A DNA stretch of 64,000 nucleotides, taken from Ascidiella aspersa. Taxonomy: Eukaryota. Under the pieces are notes generated by a model. The model was not told the origin of the DNA and searched no databases. It worked only from the letters and a program-made list of their open reading frames with translations. Location: contig OZ004613.1 of NCBI GenBank assembly GCA_963924565.1, positions 25,110,001-25,174,000 on the forward strand. Reading direction: 5' to 3'. Shown piece by piece: positions 10,937 to 24,729 of this stretch (positions are counted from its first letter, which is position 1; the number at the start of each line of letters is the position of its first letter). Position numbers and translations under genes: made by a program.

Positions 10937-13750
10937 TCAATAGTAGACGTAGTAGTTTCCGCAGGTGCTGAGCTTGTAGTAGGAGCTACGGCTGCAAAAA
11001 TAAGTATAAATATATTTATGGAAAATTTTATGGAAAAATCGCTCCGCAACTAAATCAAGATAAGTATAGGCTCTTTGAAAAACGACGAATTGAACTAATT
11101 ACAATAATATGAATCCTAATTGTGAATATGAAACGGAAATCAATGCATTTATATATGAGTTAGCAATACTCACCAGTACTGGGTATAGTAGTAGCAGTAG
11201 GACTGGCTGGTGGGGTAGCACACACTCCAGCGAAGGTATCCTCCGAACATGTATCTGGGGTAGCAGTAAGAGACTCTGCACTTGGAGCAGCAAGAGAAGT
11301 GCTGGACAAGGGCGGGGATCAGCTTAGCGTAGTAAGCATCGAACTCAGCCATAACGACGTTGCAGCCAGAGACAAGCTTGTTGGCGTAGGCGGAACGGGA
11401 TTGGGAGACGTAATACAAGTTGTAGTAGTACTGTCCGTGGAACTTCTCGAGCATTTCGTTGTACTTGTTCCAGTGGGCGACCCTGGCCTGCAATGCGATA
11501 AAGCAATACGTTGAATATATAATACTTTCATATCGTTATATCTAAATTGTAACTTACATCCCACATAGCGCTGTAGAAAGCGGTCCTCTTGGCGTCACGG
11601 TCATCTTCGAGCTTCTTCTTGTAAGCAGCAATGGAGGCGGCCCTCTTGCTAAGGCATGTGCTGTACTTTCCGATGACGGACTTGATGAGCTCAGCGGCCT
11701 TGGTCTTGTAAGCGGCGATGCTCTTGTCGAAGGTGTCCACGCATTCGATGAGCCTCTGGTAAAGCTGTTCCTTGTAGAGAGCGACGGCATCGTCAAGCTT
11801 CTTCTTGAGGTCAGCGCTCAGTTTGGCGAGCTCCATACGCTGGGCATAAGTCAAGTAGGTGCTGCCATTCCTGTATCACAAAATTTGTTATCTATTTGTT
11901 CAACATAAATATTGGAATTTTTTGCTTCAATTAACTCACTGGCACACGAAGTAGGAGTACTTCATTCTGTAGATGAAGGCGTGTCTCTCCTTGATGATGG
12001 CCTCGTATTTCTCAAGGTATTCGTTGTGGTATCCGATCCACTTGAGCTTCCAGGCAACGAAGGTAGCGGTGTAAGATTTGACGAATTCGTCAACCTTGGC
12101 CTGCATTTCGGATTCAATCACAGCGGGGGTCTTATGAAGGGCATTGAGATCTGAAAGAAAATAATGTCATTGCATCATCTGATAATATACAATTCGATAA
12201 AAGTAATGCCTACTTACCACATGTTTTCAAGTTCTTGAAAGTCATTCCCCTGAAGCAGTAACGGAAAGCACACAAGTTGAATCCAACGCGGCAGTATTTG
12301 CGGCTGAAGGAATACCAGCATCCGAGGGAGGCACTGAAAATACAACAACATTAGATATGACACTATTTTACAACTCTTATATGACTTATTGAATCGCACC
12401 ATCCGTTGTAGTAGCTCTTTTTGTAGAAGTTGAGGCATCCGTTGGTCATGTAACAGCGGTAAGAGCAAGTGTAGAATCCGATAAGCTTAGACTTGTAGGA
12501 GTTAAGCTTGGCGGTGTACTCGGCCATGCATCCACGAGCAATGTTGAGTTCGCTGTTGTAGTAGTATGAGGTGACGTAGTTGATGTAGTAGTCGGTGGTG
12601 CTCTTAGTGCCTGGTAATCAAAAGTAAGGCATTCATTGTATTTTAAATCATTCAAGGTAATTCGAAATGAACTGAAAACAATTACAAATAAACTTACAGT
12701 AAATTTTCTGCAAAAGGTTCCTGTAGTAGCTGGTCTTGGTGGTGGCAACAGCAACCTTGAACTTCCAGAAGTTGGCAACGTAAGAGGCGATCCTCTTCTC
12801 CAAAGCGGTCTTGTATTCGGCGATCTTGGTGAGACGAGTTTCAAGGCACTTCTTGGCACTGAGAAGGAATCATTTGTTATTTAGCATTATTTTGATTTAC
12901 ATTAGTTAAATTTAATCCTTACTTTTCGACAATCTTGGCGTGGAAGTCGATGATCATCTGAAGCTTCTTGCTGAGCAAAGCGTTGTAAGCAACCAAGGCG
13001 TCGTATCTCATTTTGATAAGCTTGGCGGTGTATTCAATGATCTTCTCATCCCGCTCCTTGATAAGGGCATCCCTGTCAGCAGTGGCGCAGCTGAAAACGA
13101 ATATAACGCAAAAGTCAGCAGTGTATTTTTTAAAACTTACACTAGAAGGGAGATAAATTAATGTAGAAAGTTATTACTTTATATGAAAAAAGCGATATAT
13201 AAAAATTGAACTTACGACATCTTGTAGTCGTAGTAGATGGTGATGAACTTCCTGTAGGCTTCGATGTATTCGTTGGTCTTCTCGTAAAGAGCGTTGTACC
13301 AGGCAACACGCTTGGCAATCATCTCACTGGAGATCTTGAAAAGACTCTCCTTGAGGAGGTTCTTAAGTTCTTCAACGACATCATCGACGGATTTCTCTGC
13401 ACACAAGAGAAGTTTGAGTCTCTTGTTTTGAGAAAAATTTGTTGCATTTACCGTTTACTTACCAGACCATCCGGTCTTTCCGCAAGTATCATCGGGGTAA
13501 ACCTTCAAGATGGGCTGGTAGAATTTGGTGGAACACCAGGCGCTGTTGAAACTGATGCTAAACCTGTAGAAGGAGGAGCAGGGATACACATTGAAGTTGC
13601 GTCCGCAGTAGTAGGAGTAGTTGCATTGATATGCGTTGGTGGCCTGTAAAGAAACGATACGTTATCTTAATGACAATACGTTTAATACTCAAATATATAA
13701 GGTTTATTACTTACTGCAAAGCAAGCCAAGAGAACGAGTAACAACTTCAT
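10937..13750 (-). CDS. Copy 2 of the Tyr/Cys-rich secreted protein gene (apparently intact, unique promoter)
   Basis: ATG at 13750 (MKLLLVLLACFA), TGA at 10937-10939. Exons match copy 4 (ORF fragments 13212-13406, 11936-12121, 11528-11854, 11170-11493). AATAAA on minus strand at 10822-10827. Confidence 0.9.
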
Positions 13751-13815
13751 CGCTGTCGTTTTTTCAACTTTCCTCTTCAGGTAATTGAATGTGATTTTGG
13801 ACTGCAAGCTTCGGA

Positions 13816-13823
13816 CTTATATA
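13816..13823 (-). promoter_or_regulatory. TATA box of copy 2 in a divergent promoter
   Basis: TATATAAG on the minus strand about 70 nt upstream of ATG 13750; flanking sequence does not align by eye to the other promoters. Confidence 0.65.
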
Positions 13824-14379
13824 GCGTAACCGCCGGTCGATGCACCCAAAATAAACCAATAACAACCACCAACCAGCACGTTTGTTTTAATGCGGATTTG
13901 CGCCAAGTTGTCGAGAGCCTTAAATAAATTGTTTTCGTTTGATTTGCGAAACCCGGATAATCTGATCCGGGTACGAAATTGTGTTTAGGGATGTTTTCGT
14001 GGTTGACACATTGGTAGCCAGCACTGCATAGGCTCTTCAAAAACTACTTGCGATCGCGATTGCCACTTATTAGTTCCGAGCTTCGATACCTAATAAAAAC
14101 AAAATATTTGTGTTTTTTTAATTTGATCGTTGAGATTATTTTTTACCAGTTTTCTTTCATATGGAAACTTTAAAATTGTTTACCTAATTTTGTGTAAATT
14201 GTTAATTTTTAGACTGGTTGAGATAGTCTTATTTGGTTATTTCTAATATTCCATTATTTTTTGTTTATTTTGTTTATTTTTTATATATATATTTTTTTAC
14301 CCCCTTTTTTAGATATTTAAGTAAGCCTACGTGTAGAGCGAACCGTTTCTCTTCTTCTCAGTAATTTGCACCCAATTTC

Positions 14380-14670
14380 AGTTAGCAATAACAAGATATA
14401 CTTGTTGTTTTACGAAGATAAAACTGTTTTACGATCATCGAACTAATGCAACAAATGATGGTCGCCGATCCTACCGGTGGTGCCCAAAAGTGGACAGCTA
14501 TGCTGCGTAAGGTACATTGTTATGACTGCGTGATATTTTGGCACTTATCTAAAACACACATTTCGGTATTGTTGTTTTCCGGACGTGTGCGGACACTTGC
14601 ACCGGGTGGGCTATGACGGTTTGCTGCAATTTCAAGGCACTTGCTGTATTTTGACCACCAGATGGCGACC
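14380..14670 (+). repeat. Dispersed ~250-300 bp upstream module
   Basis: aactaatgcaacaa...tggtgc...ttggcac...aaacac..gtgtgc recurs at ~17110-17360, 18095-18425, 32635-32885, 34050-34380, 42220-42470 and 43565-43895. Confidence 0.7.
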
Positions 14671-16705
14671 GCGTCTTTACGTTTTATCGCAGGGGTGCTG
14701 AACCAAATCAGTTCAGGGGCACGGTCGATGTACAAAAAACCTACCTGCTTTAGACAAAGACTTCTGAAATAAATTAAATTCATATTTTATTCCAAAATAT
14801 CTAAAGATTGATAACCAGAAATTAACTTGACCTCAGATATTTGACGATTTTGAGATACTAATTATATTTTGAAGGGCTACTAATTATATTTTGAAACTGA
14901 AATACTATTTATAGTCGTGTGACAAGGCCAGGTGATGTGTGTTAAAAAATTACAAAGCGGGTAAAGAACACAAGACATTTAGGCGATGTTACAGCTAAAA
15001 CAATACATTTCTAGAAACCTTCAAGTTTCAAAATATTGGACCTATTTAAACAATAGTGTGTAATGGTGAATTATTCAAATTTAAAAACAAAAATATTAAA
15101 AGGTAAGAATATTTAACCAATTTCAGATACTAGGCTTTAACTGTTTCTGAACCCATAGTTTAGAAGGCCTTTTCCCGGAATAATGTTTTTATTCGTTTTT
15201 TTAAACAGATAGTCCTCCGAATTTTGCGGCAAAACTGTGATTTTATAATGTTTGTAGTAATTTTGTGTCATTAAATGAAATCCTATATTGTTAAATGAAA
15301 AGCCTTATCTTTTGAGACACTAACGGGAAATGGAATTGTCGTATTTAAAATCGAAGGAAAAATATATTTATTCCTAACGTAATAATTTGAAACTAATATA
15401 TTTGTTAGCTCTATTGCTTATATTTAGTATAACATAGGCTTCGGTGCTATAATGGTTATAGTCGTTTATCAACTTGTTTTAACACTCAAATAAATATGCC
15501 TTTGTCCAATATTCTGGTTGACATCACATTGTTACTTTGTGAACGCAAAACAGGTTGCTTATAAATTTTCAGTTGTTCATACTAATAAAAAAAAATTGGG
15601 ATTAATAAGTTAATTATTCGGTGTTTATGACTCGACCTAGACTTGTCCTGTTTGGAAACACGTTTGGAATATAAATGGAACTTGACTTAGTGAAATTGTC
15701 TTTGTTAAATCTTTAATTTGGAAAATTGTTTTTATACAGATATGCCAACCTTGATGCATTAAAAAAACGCTTTTTCATGCTGTAAAGAAAGAAATTTGAT
15801 TGGCAAATACTAGGCGAAATACTCAGCATTGCCCAGGTATGATAGGGTACCAGTTCAGTTCTAACCCGGCGAAGTATTTGGCGATTTTAATATGGTAAAC
15901 TGAGTGATTATCAGTTTGAAACAAGTAGAAGACCACTTGCGTTGTTGTCCGGGCGATGGAAATTAATTACCGATGGAATAAAGGCGATCATTTGCGAAAT
16001 CTAAATGCTTTTTGTGTGGCAAACTAAATCGTAAGTAATCAAATTAAATTCTTCATCTTGTAAACTAAAACTCTCATAAAATTTTTGAAAGTTTGTAAAT
16101 AAAACTTTAAGGAAACTGAAATTGTGTCTCTTATTCACTGATACATGTTGCACCGTCCCTGTGTAAATTTGCTAAAGATAATACGCTATAGCAAATTATT
16201 TAAAGTGATTGAGCCCATTTAAATTTTCCATCTTATGTGTTGTACCTGAAATAAATCGACAAAGTTCTCAGCTATAGAATGGAACACTTTGTCTATGCAC
16301 GACCGACACATCATCTACGTACTGTAGATCGATCAGGAATCACGAACAGACCAAAACATTAAAGATAAGGCCCGTGTGGAAAGGATAAATTGTTTGTCTT
16401 GTGTCATTTAAGCGAATTCGTCATTCAAATTCGTCATTTAAGCAAACACGTAATCCCCGAAATCAAAATGCGGCCAACATAAGACAAATCCAACCAGGAA
16501 ATAAAAATTGCTTCCCGCTAAAACCGCTGCAAAAAGCGCGATAATTCTTGCGAACACATCCTAAATTTTACGTGGTTAAACATACTGTAAGTGTAAGAAG
16601 ACAACAAGCTTTAATCTAAATCGCCATTTTTGATTATGTTGGATCATCCCAGAAAGAGGATCATTTTTCTGCCAAAATAAAAAAGGACTTTGTGTTTATT
16701 TAGAG

Positions 16706-16957
16706 CAGCGGTTCTCAACCAGTGGGCCATGGCTCACGGGTGGGCCATAAGAATATTTCAGGTGGGCCACAGACCAATTTGAAAAACCTAGATTTAGTTT
16801 CATTTGTGTCACTACATTTATTTTTTAGGAATAATGGATTGTTCTGCTGTGTTTTGTTCTGAACCTATTCTACAGTTTTTTCTTTCATAAAACCATTGGG
16901 CCACAGATTTTTTTCAACGTAAATGGGCCACGAAAGAAAAAAGGTTGAGAACCACTG
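16706..16957. mobile_element. hAT-type MITE
   Basis: TIR CAGCGGTTCTCAACC/GGTTGAGAACCACTG, perfect TSD ATTTAGAG, internal TGGGCC repeats. Empty paralogous sites at ~32480 and ~42060. Confidence 0.92.
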
Positions 16958-19547
16958 ATTTAGAGCATCCCTGGGCGCTCGCTTGAAACGCGAGTCACCA
17001 TTGCACACATTTGCTCTCTTGCTGCAAACATACCGCCGTGCGAGTCGTCAAAAAAACTTAACGTTACTGCCGAACTCGCTGAATCATTGCAATTGCACAA
17101 AGTTGGCAATAACAAGATACTCGTTGTTTTAACATAGGACTGTTTTTCCACAAACGGACTAATGCAACAAACGACAATAATCGTCCCTCGTACCTTTGGT
17201 GCTTCAAAGAGATCAACGAGACTACGTTGGAAAATTTGTTATGATTTCCTAATATGTTGGCACTCTTCTAAAAACACGCACTCCGCTAATGTTGTGTTAC
17301 GAACGCGTGCAAACCCTTACATTGGATTTGCTGTGGTTGTAGATAACAAACAGCTTTGCTGCAATAAAGCGGTTTCATCATTACGTGAGGCTTTAATCTT
17401 TTGATGTTAACACAATATAGCCCCATGACATAGTAGTGGTAATACGGCGTAGGTCACATTGCAGTTTAACATGCAAAAACATACATTTATAATTATAAGC
17501 AACACATTTGAGCTAACTCTCGTGCAAAGTGAAAAAGAAAAGACATCGACGGCTTTTCTGATTTTTTTTTGTAAAAGTGTTCCCCCTTTACATACATTGT
17601 ATAAAAACTAAAAATGATTTGGTCAAAATAGGACTTTCCAAACTTCCTGTTTGGAAACCTTTTAATTTATTAAACGTTTTAACATTTCGTTTCGTTTAAC
17701 TTAAGCAAAACATTTGTCGTTGTCTGGTAAATTTGGCCACCGCTTGTTGAAATAATAGGCTAACCTTCAAGGGAATTAGGTTTTCGCGTCAATCTAAAAC
17801 ATGCATATTATAAAAAAATCATTTTGTATGAATACAACACATGTGTAAAACACATAAACTGACCCAGTTGCGACACCCTGCACGGCCGTACCACCCAGTT
17901 GGGAATCCATGGTTTTAAACTTTGGGTCTAAACGGAGAGTGTTGCACATGCTGTCGACACTTCTGTTTAAGCTTTTCCAGTTACAAAGCGGTTAGTCTAA
18001 TAAAATACGTAAAAAGTCATAGTGCTGCCCTGTTGTGTAGCCATATTACCAGCCCAACCCTCCATGTAATTGCAATTGCGTTTGACAACAACATATTACT
18101 TGTTGTTCTAACGGTGCTAGAAATGTTTTAAGATCACTAAACTAATGCAACAAGTGATGATCGCTGTTCGTACCGCGGTGCTTCAAATTGGGCAGCGATG
18201 CTGCGTTAGATACTTTGTGATTATTTCATGTTTTTGGCACTCATGTAAAAGAAACATACTTCTCTAATGTTGTGTTACGAACGTGTGCAAACACTTAATT
18301 TTAGTTTGCTGTGGCTGTAGTTAACAAACAACTTTATAGTGTTGTTGCATTTGAGTGATTGAACTGAGTGCCAAAAGCTAGCTAGGCAAGGCGTACGATA
18401 GCATTTTAACCGTTAGAGGGCGTCTGCACAAGTCAGCTTCAATTGATGATTTTCGGAATTATTTTAACGACTGTCCTGATTTTGTTACTTGAGAATCGAC
18501 CATTTGTAATCTAAACCGCCAACGCATTAGCCGGTATCTTTCATTTCTCTTCTACTCTGCAAAACTTAACAATTTAAGGATCAAAATAAAAATAATTCTG
18601 ATATGAGTTTAACATGTTGCCAAAAATTAAAAGGAGTTTTTTATTTGTTAACACAATCCAAAAAAGGGTTAATAATGCTACTAATATAAACTAAATAAAA
18701 TCAATACATTTTTAATCCCCGGTAATTATAGAGTTTTCAAAATAATATTCAAGAGTCATGTTGGTTTAAAGCATTGCCCCAGTTGACCACAAGCAAGCCG
18801 TCGATCTTCTATTTGTCAAACTAAACCACAGAAGTTATCTCCAACAAATGTACTTAATCTACAGCTCTTGATTTATGATCAAAAAAATCAAAAACAAATT
18901 TTGTATACAACGTTGCTTATTATGGCTGCATATCTATATAAACATATGCTTAAATATCGAAATTAAACCCCATACTAAACAAATAAATAAAACTGTCAAA
19001 TGCCGTAGCAACCGAAAACAGCTTATTATTGCACGTTATTGCCTGTTTTCGAATCCGGCTGTTATCATAATAAAGATTCGATCCAAGTACAACATCCGCA
19101 ATATAAACCATTTTGGTGTCGTGATAGAAAATGGCCGAGCGCCTTAAGCAAACAACCCATGCAAGGTAAATCGATCCAACTGCCGTAAAAACACAACGAC
19201 TCGCCACATTGCTTTAACAAACTGCATCAAAGACCAACACGCTTATGCATAGAACAAGGGTAGAGTTGCGGATATAGCTAACGAGTGCTCATCGACCGAT
19301 TGCTTTGCGAAACACACCCATGGAAACAGCAAGCTAGCTTCGGGCACCGATACAACATGTAGGAAAGAGTTGTAAAGCTATAACAACAACCAATTTGGAA
19401 TGGCAAACTACTTTGCTTTAATAAGCGCCAGGCAAAACAATACCACTTGAGAGCATAACTTGTGTCTTTTGTCGATGCAACTAATTAAAGTATTGCATTT
19501 AGGTATTAAATGTATCGTCAATAAGATAACGTATTGTTTTTTTACAG

Positions 19548-22214
19548 GCCACCAACGCATATCAATGCAACTACTCCTACTACTGCGGACGCAACTTCAA
19601 TGTGTTCCCCTGCTCCTCCTTCTACAGGTTCAGCATCAGTTTCAACAGCGCCTGGTGTTCCACCAAATTCTACCAGCCCATCTTGAAGGTTTACCCCGAT
19701 GATACTTGCGGAAAGACCGGATGGTCTGGTAAGTAAACGGTAAATGCAACAAATTTTTCTCAAAACAAGAGACTCAAACTTCTCTTGTGTGCAGAGAAAT
19801 CCGTCGATGATGTCGTTGAAGAAGTTAAGAACCTCCTCAAGGAGAGTCTTTTCAAGATCTCCAGTGAGATGATTGCCAAGCGTGTTGCCTGGTATAACGC
19901 TCTTTACGAGAAGACTAACGAATACATCGAAGCCTACAAGAAGTTCATCACCATCTACTACGACTACAAGATGTCGTAAGTAATAACTTTCTACCTAAAT
20001 TTATCACCCTTCTAGTGTAAGTTTTAAAAAATACACTGCTGACTTTTGCGTTATATTCGTTTTCAGCTGCGCCACTGCTGACAGGGATGCCCTTATCAAG
20101 GAGCGGGATGAGAAGATCGCTGAATACACCGCCAAGCTTTACAAGATGAGATACGAAGCCTTGGTTGCTTACAACACTTTGCTCAGCAAGAAGCTTCAGA
20201 TGATTATCGACTTCTACGCCAAGATTGTCGAAAAGTAAGAATTTGAATTTACTAATGTAAATCAAAATAATGCTAAATGACAAATGATTCCTTCTCAGTG
20301 CCAAGAAGTGCCTTGAAACTCGTCTCGCCAAGATCGCCGAATACAAGACCGCTTTGGAGAAGAGGATCGCATCTTACGTTGCCAACTTCTGGAAGTTCAA
20401 GGTTGCTGTTGCCACCACCAAGACCAGCTACTACAGGACACTTTTGCAGAACATTTACTGTAAGTTTATTTGTAATAGTTTTCAGTTCAATTCGAATCAC
20501 CTTAAATGATTTAAAATACAACAAATGCCATACTTTTGATTACCAGGCACTAAGAGCACCACCGACTACTACATCAACTACGTCACCTCATACTACTACA
20601 ACAGCGAACTCAACATTGCTCGTGGATGCATTGCCGAGTACAACGCCAAGCTTAACTCCTACAAGTCTAAGCTTATCGGATTCTACACTTGCTCTTACCG
20701 CTGTTACATGACCAACGGATGCCTCAACTTCTACAAGAAGAGCTACTACAACGGATGGTACGATTCAACAAGCCATATAACAGTTATAAAATAGTGTCAT
20801 ATCTAATGTTGTAGTATTTTCAGTGCCTCCCTCGGATGCTGGTATTCCTTCAGCCGCAAATACTGCCGCGTTGGATTCAACTTGTGTGCTTTCCGTTACT
20901 GCTTTAGGGGAATGACTTTCAAGAACTTGAAGACTTGCGGTAGGTTATCTCTATTTTCATCTATTGTATATTATCATATTATGATGCAATGACATTATTG
21001 TCTTCAGACGTTAATGCTCTTCACAAGACCCCCGCTGTGATTGAATCCGAAATGCAGGCCAAGGTTGACGAATTCGTCAAATCTTACACCGCTACCTTCG
21101 TTGCCTGGAAGCTCAAGTGGATCGGATACCACAACGAATACCTTGAGAAATACGAGGCCATCATCAAGGAGAGACACGCCTTCATCTACAGAATGAAGTA
21201 CTCCTACTTCGTGTGCCAGTGAGTTAATTGAAGCAAAAAATTCCAATATTTATGTTGAACAAATAGATAACAAATTTTGTGATACAGGAATGGCAGCACC
21301 TACTTGACTTATGCCCAGCGTATGGAGCTCGCCAAACTGAGCGCTGACCTCAAGAAGAAGCTTGACGATGCCGTCGCTCTCTACAAGGATCAGCTTTCCC
21401 AGAGGCTCATCGAATGCGTGAACACCTTCAACAAGAGCATCGCCGCTTACAAGACCAAGGCCGCTGAGCTCATCAAGTCCGTCATCGGAAAGTACAGCAC
21501 ATGCCTTAGCAAGAGGGCCGCCTCCATTGCTGCTTACAAGAAGAAGCTCGAAGATGACCGTGACGCCAAGAGGACCGCTTTCTACAGCGCTATGTGGGAT
21601 GTAAGTTACAATTTAGATATAACGATATGAAAGTATTATATATTCAACGTATTGCTTTATCGCATTGCAGGCCAAGGTCGCCCACTGGAACAAGTACAAC
21701 GAAATGCTCGAGAAGTTCCACGGACAGTACTACTACAACTTGTATTACGTCTCCCAATCCCGTTCCGCCTACGCAAACAAGCTTGTCTCTGGTTGCAACG
21801 TCGTTATGGCTGAGTTCGATGCTTACTACGCTAAGCTGATCCCCGCCCTTGTCCAGCACTTCTCTTGCTGCTCCAAGTGTAGAGTCTCTTACTGCTACCC
21901 CAGATACATGTTCGGAGGATACCTCCGCTGGAGTGTGTGCTACCCCACCAGCCAGTCCTACTGCTACTATTATACCCAGTACTGGTGAGTATTGCTAACT
22001 CATATATAAATGCATTGATTTCCGTTTCATATTCACAATTAGGATTCATATTATTGTAATTAGTTCAATTCGTTCTTTTTCAAAGAGCCTATACTTATCT
22101 TGATTTAGTTGCAGAGCGATTTGTATTTTCCATAAATATAGTTATACTTATTTTTGCAGCCGTAGCTCCTACTACAAGCTCAGCACCTGCGGAAACTACT
22201 ACGTCTACTATTGA
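19548..22214 (+). pseudogene. Copy 3: exons 2-11 intact, but TATA box, 5'UTR and exon 1 (ATG and most of the signal peptide) deleted
   Basis: At 19483/19484 promoter sequence (tgcaacta) joins directly to intron 1 sequence (attaaagtatt). The 135 nt seen at 35556-35690 in copy 5 are missing. Exon 2 acceptor tttacag ends at 19547, TGA at 22212-22214, AATAAA at 22324. Confidence 0.85.
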
Positions 22215-24729
22215 ACAGATGTTTAGCTTCCCGGGGAAAGAGGCCCATATAAATTTCCATCTTAAAATGTGTCTCTACCTCGTTGTATTGCTTTGTGTAA
22301 TATAATGTTCCTTTCCCCTTCCGAATAAATAAATATATAGCATCCATTTGTTTCGTTTGTTTCACTATATCAAACTATCCACTTAGTTTGTTATAACGGC
22401 AGGTCACTCACAAATGTTGCCAAGCAGAAAAATATTAATAATTCGTATGAACGGAAAGCCGTCTTTTTATAGTTTTGTTCAGTTAAGATAAATCTTTATT
22501 GCAAATAGCCTAATTGTCGTCCATTGTGGACTATTGACATCTAGAAATTTTTTTGGTATCTTTTGATGATTTTGAAAACATTTGTTAAATATATTACGTG
22601 ATTCAAGATATTGGGATTAAGTGTCCATGATATCTGCGGGTTTTAGGCGGATTATTGTTTACTAAAATTTGGGATGTTTGCTCCTGAAATGAACATTTAT
22701 CCAAATATATACTTGAAAAAGTGAAAAAAAAACGTTAAAATAGTAAAAAAAAAAAAGCTGCAGTGGTTTACGCAGATAATTGATACACTATGATTTTCGT
22801 TGACAACTGTAGTATTTGGATTTATTAAACCGTCAGCAGTTGTATGGTTGTTATTGAACATGAACAAATATCCTAGTAGGAATTCATTTTATTAAAGTAA
22901 AAACAATTCTAATAAAATTGTGTCAAATCACGCTTCTTTGAAATTGGGATGACCGATAATATCGATCGGAGCCGATACCCGATGCCAATTGTCAGTGAGA
23001 GTTTGGCAGATACCAGCGCGGTAACGGTGCCGGTTAAGTGCCATATCAATTTAGAAAATTCCTGCCATGCTTGGCGATCCATGGCAGCGATTTTACCTTA
23101 AAATTAAATTTATCAAAAACAAGTCGATTAACAACCGGAAGTAAATAATCTTTTTAATGCCAAAGCAAGTGATGTCCTAACAACCTGGTAGCAATAATCT
23201 GGAAAGTTTTATGTTCATTTATTTTGCTTGTTTGACAATTGTTATTAGGAATGTGCGATAAATTGGATCGGAGCCGATACCTGGTGCCCAGTAGCTGTAT
23301 CGGTACTCGCCCGATACTTCAGTGGTATCGGTCGCCGTGCGATACCGAATTAAGATCGGAATTTCAGCCTTGTTTGCAATCCCAGGCCACGATTCACCTT
23401 AAAATGTAAATCTATAAAAAAAATGATTATTGTGGTGGTTTATGGTGTGTGGTTAAGTTTAATCTGACTTTCCACAAATCGACAGAAAGTTAGGCCAACA
23501 ACAGGATTTCGTTAAACTTAATCACAGAAGGGATAAAAGCTTTTAAAAAGGCTTACAAGTGTGTGTATTAACTGTGATTTTAGAGGTTCTAGTTTGGATT
23601 AACCACCTAAAACAAAATGAAAATTGCAGTGAGGTTAACATTTTTAATAGACTTAAGTGCCAGTTAAGTCATTTAAAAACATCCGAAGTTTAAGGCAATT
23701 CTTCTATAGAAATTAACAAGTCAAGTCCCAGTTCAAAACATTATTTGTCTAAGTAAAGTTCCAGTTGAGTCATAATTAGAGCAAGTAATTTTCAAGCCAA
23801 ATCACTTATATCTCTATAAAACGAAACCAAGAACAATACCAACAAAAAACAACTCGATCGTAGCAATTTAATTGGTTTACGTGAAAAGTTTAAGATACAT
23901 TGCTAAATTTTATATAATATTGTTTAAAAAAATGCTGATAAATTTAAATCTAACTCATTATACCCAAAACTTAAGCCCAAGTTAAATCACTTGTCCAAAA
24001 CGAATTACGGCAAGTCAATTTTATTTACCAAAACGACTTAACTGCGTCATTACAAGACTGGCAAATTGCAGTTTTTGAAATGCATACTATACGATACGGC
24101 ATATTTGTAGGAAATTGTGCGGCCTATATTGCTGTTTACAGTGCGACAAAATAGTTTCAAATTTTATTTTAATACACCAATAAAAACATGAACCTATTCA
24201 TATCACGCCAAACATGCGTTAGTCTTATGCATGGCTGGTTTGTGTACAAATAATAGAGTAAAGAGTCTTGGGAAAATAAACGATCAGACAAACTCTTATC
24301 AGGCCTAGGGGAGCTATGCAAAACAAACTACGAAGGTTACAAAATATCTAGTATAACCTCACTAAAATTCAGAATACCGCAGTTACGTCAAAATCGGCAT
24401 TATTTTTTTTACACAAAAAAGAACTAAAAAAACTGAAAAGAAACTAAGATATTTACTTGTGATAAAAAATGATAAAAGTGGTGAACAATATACTACATGT
24501 AATATTCTTGAAGGCTAAATAAGAAAATATCAAACGAAGGAAAACAGTCCTGAAATGTTAAAAGAGATCCGAGCTATCTGTATATTAAAAGGAAAGGTTT
24601 TCCTGGAAGGGACAAATTTAAGAACCTTTGCCCAAACCAAAACAATTATATCTAGCTGTTGTTGGGACGCGCCGTATGTACAATCGTATGCACATTCGGA
24701 CATCTCTACTTGTTTGCTTTACTCTTTTA

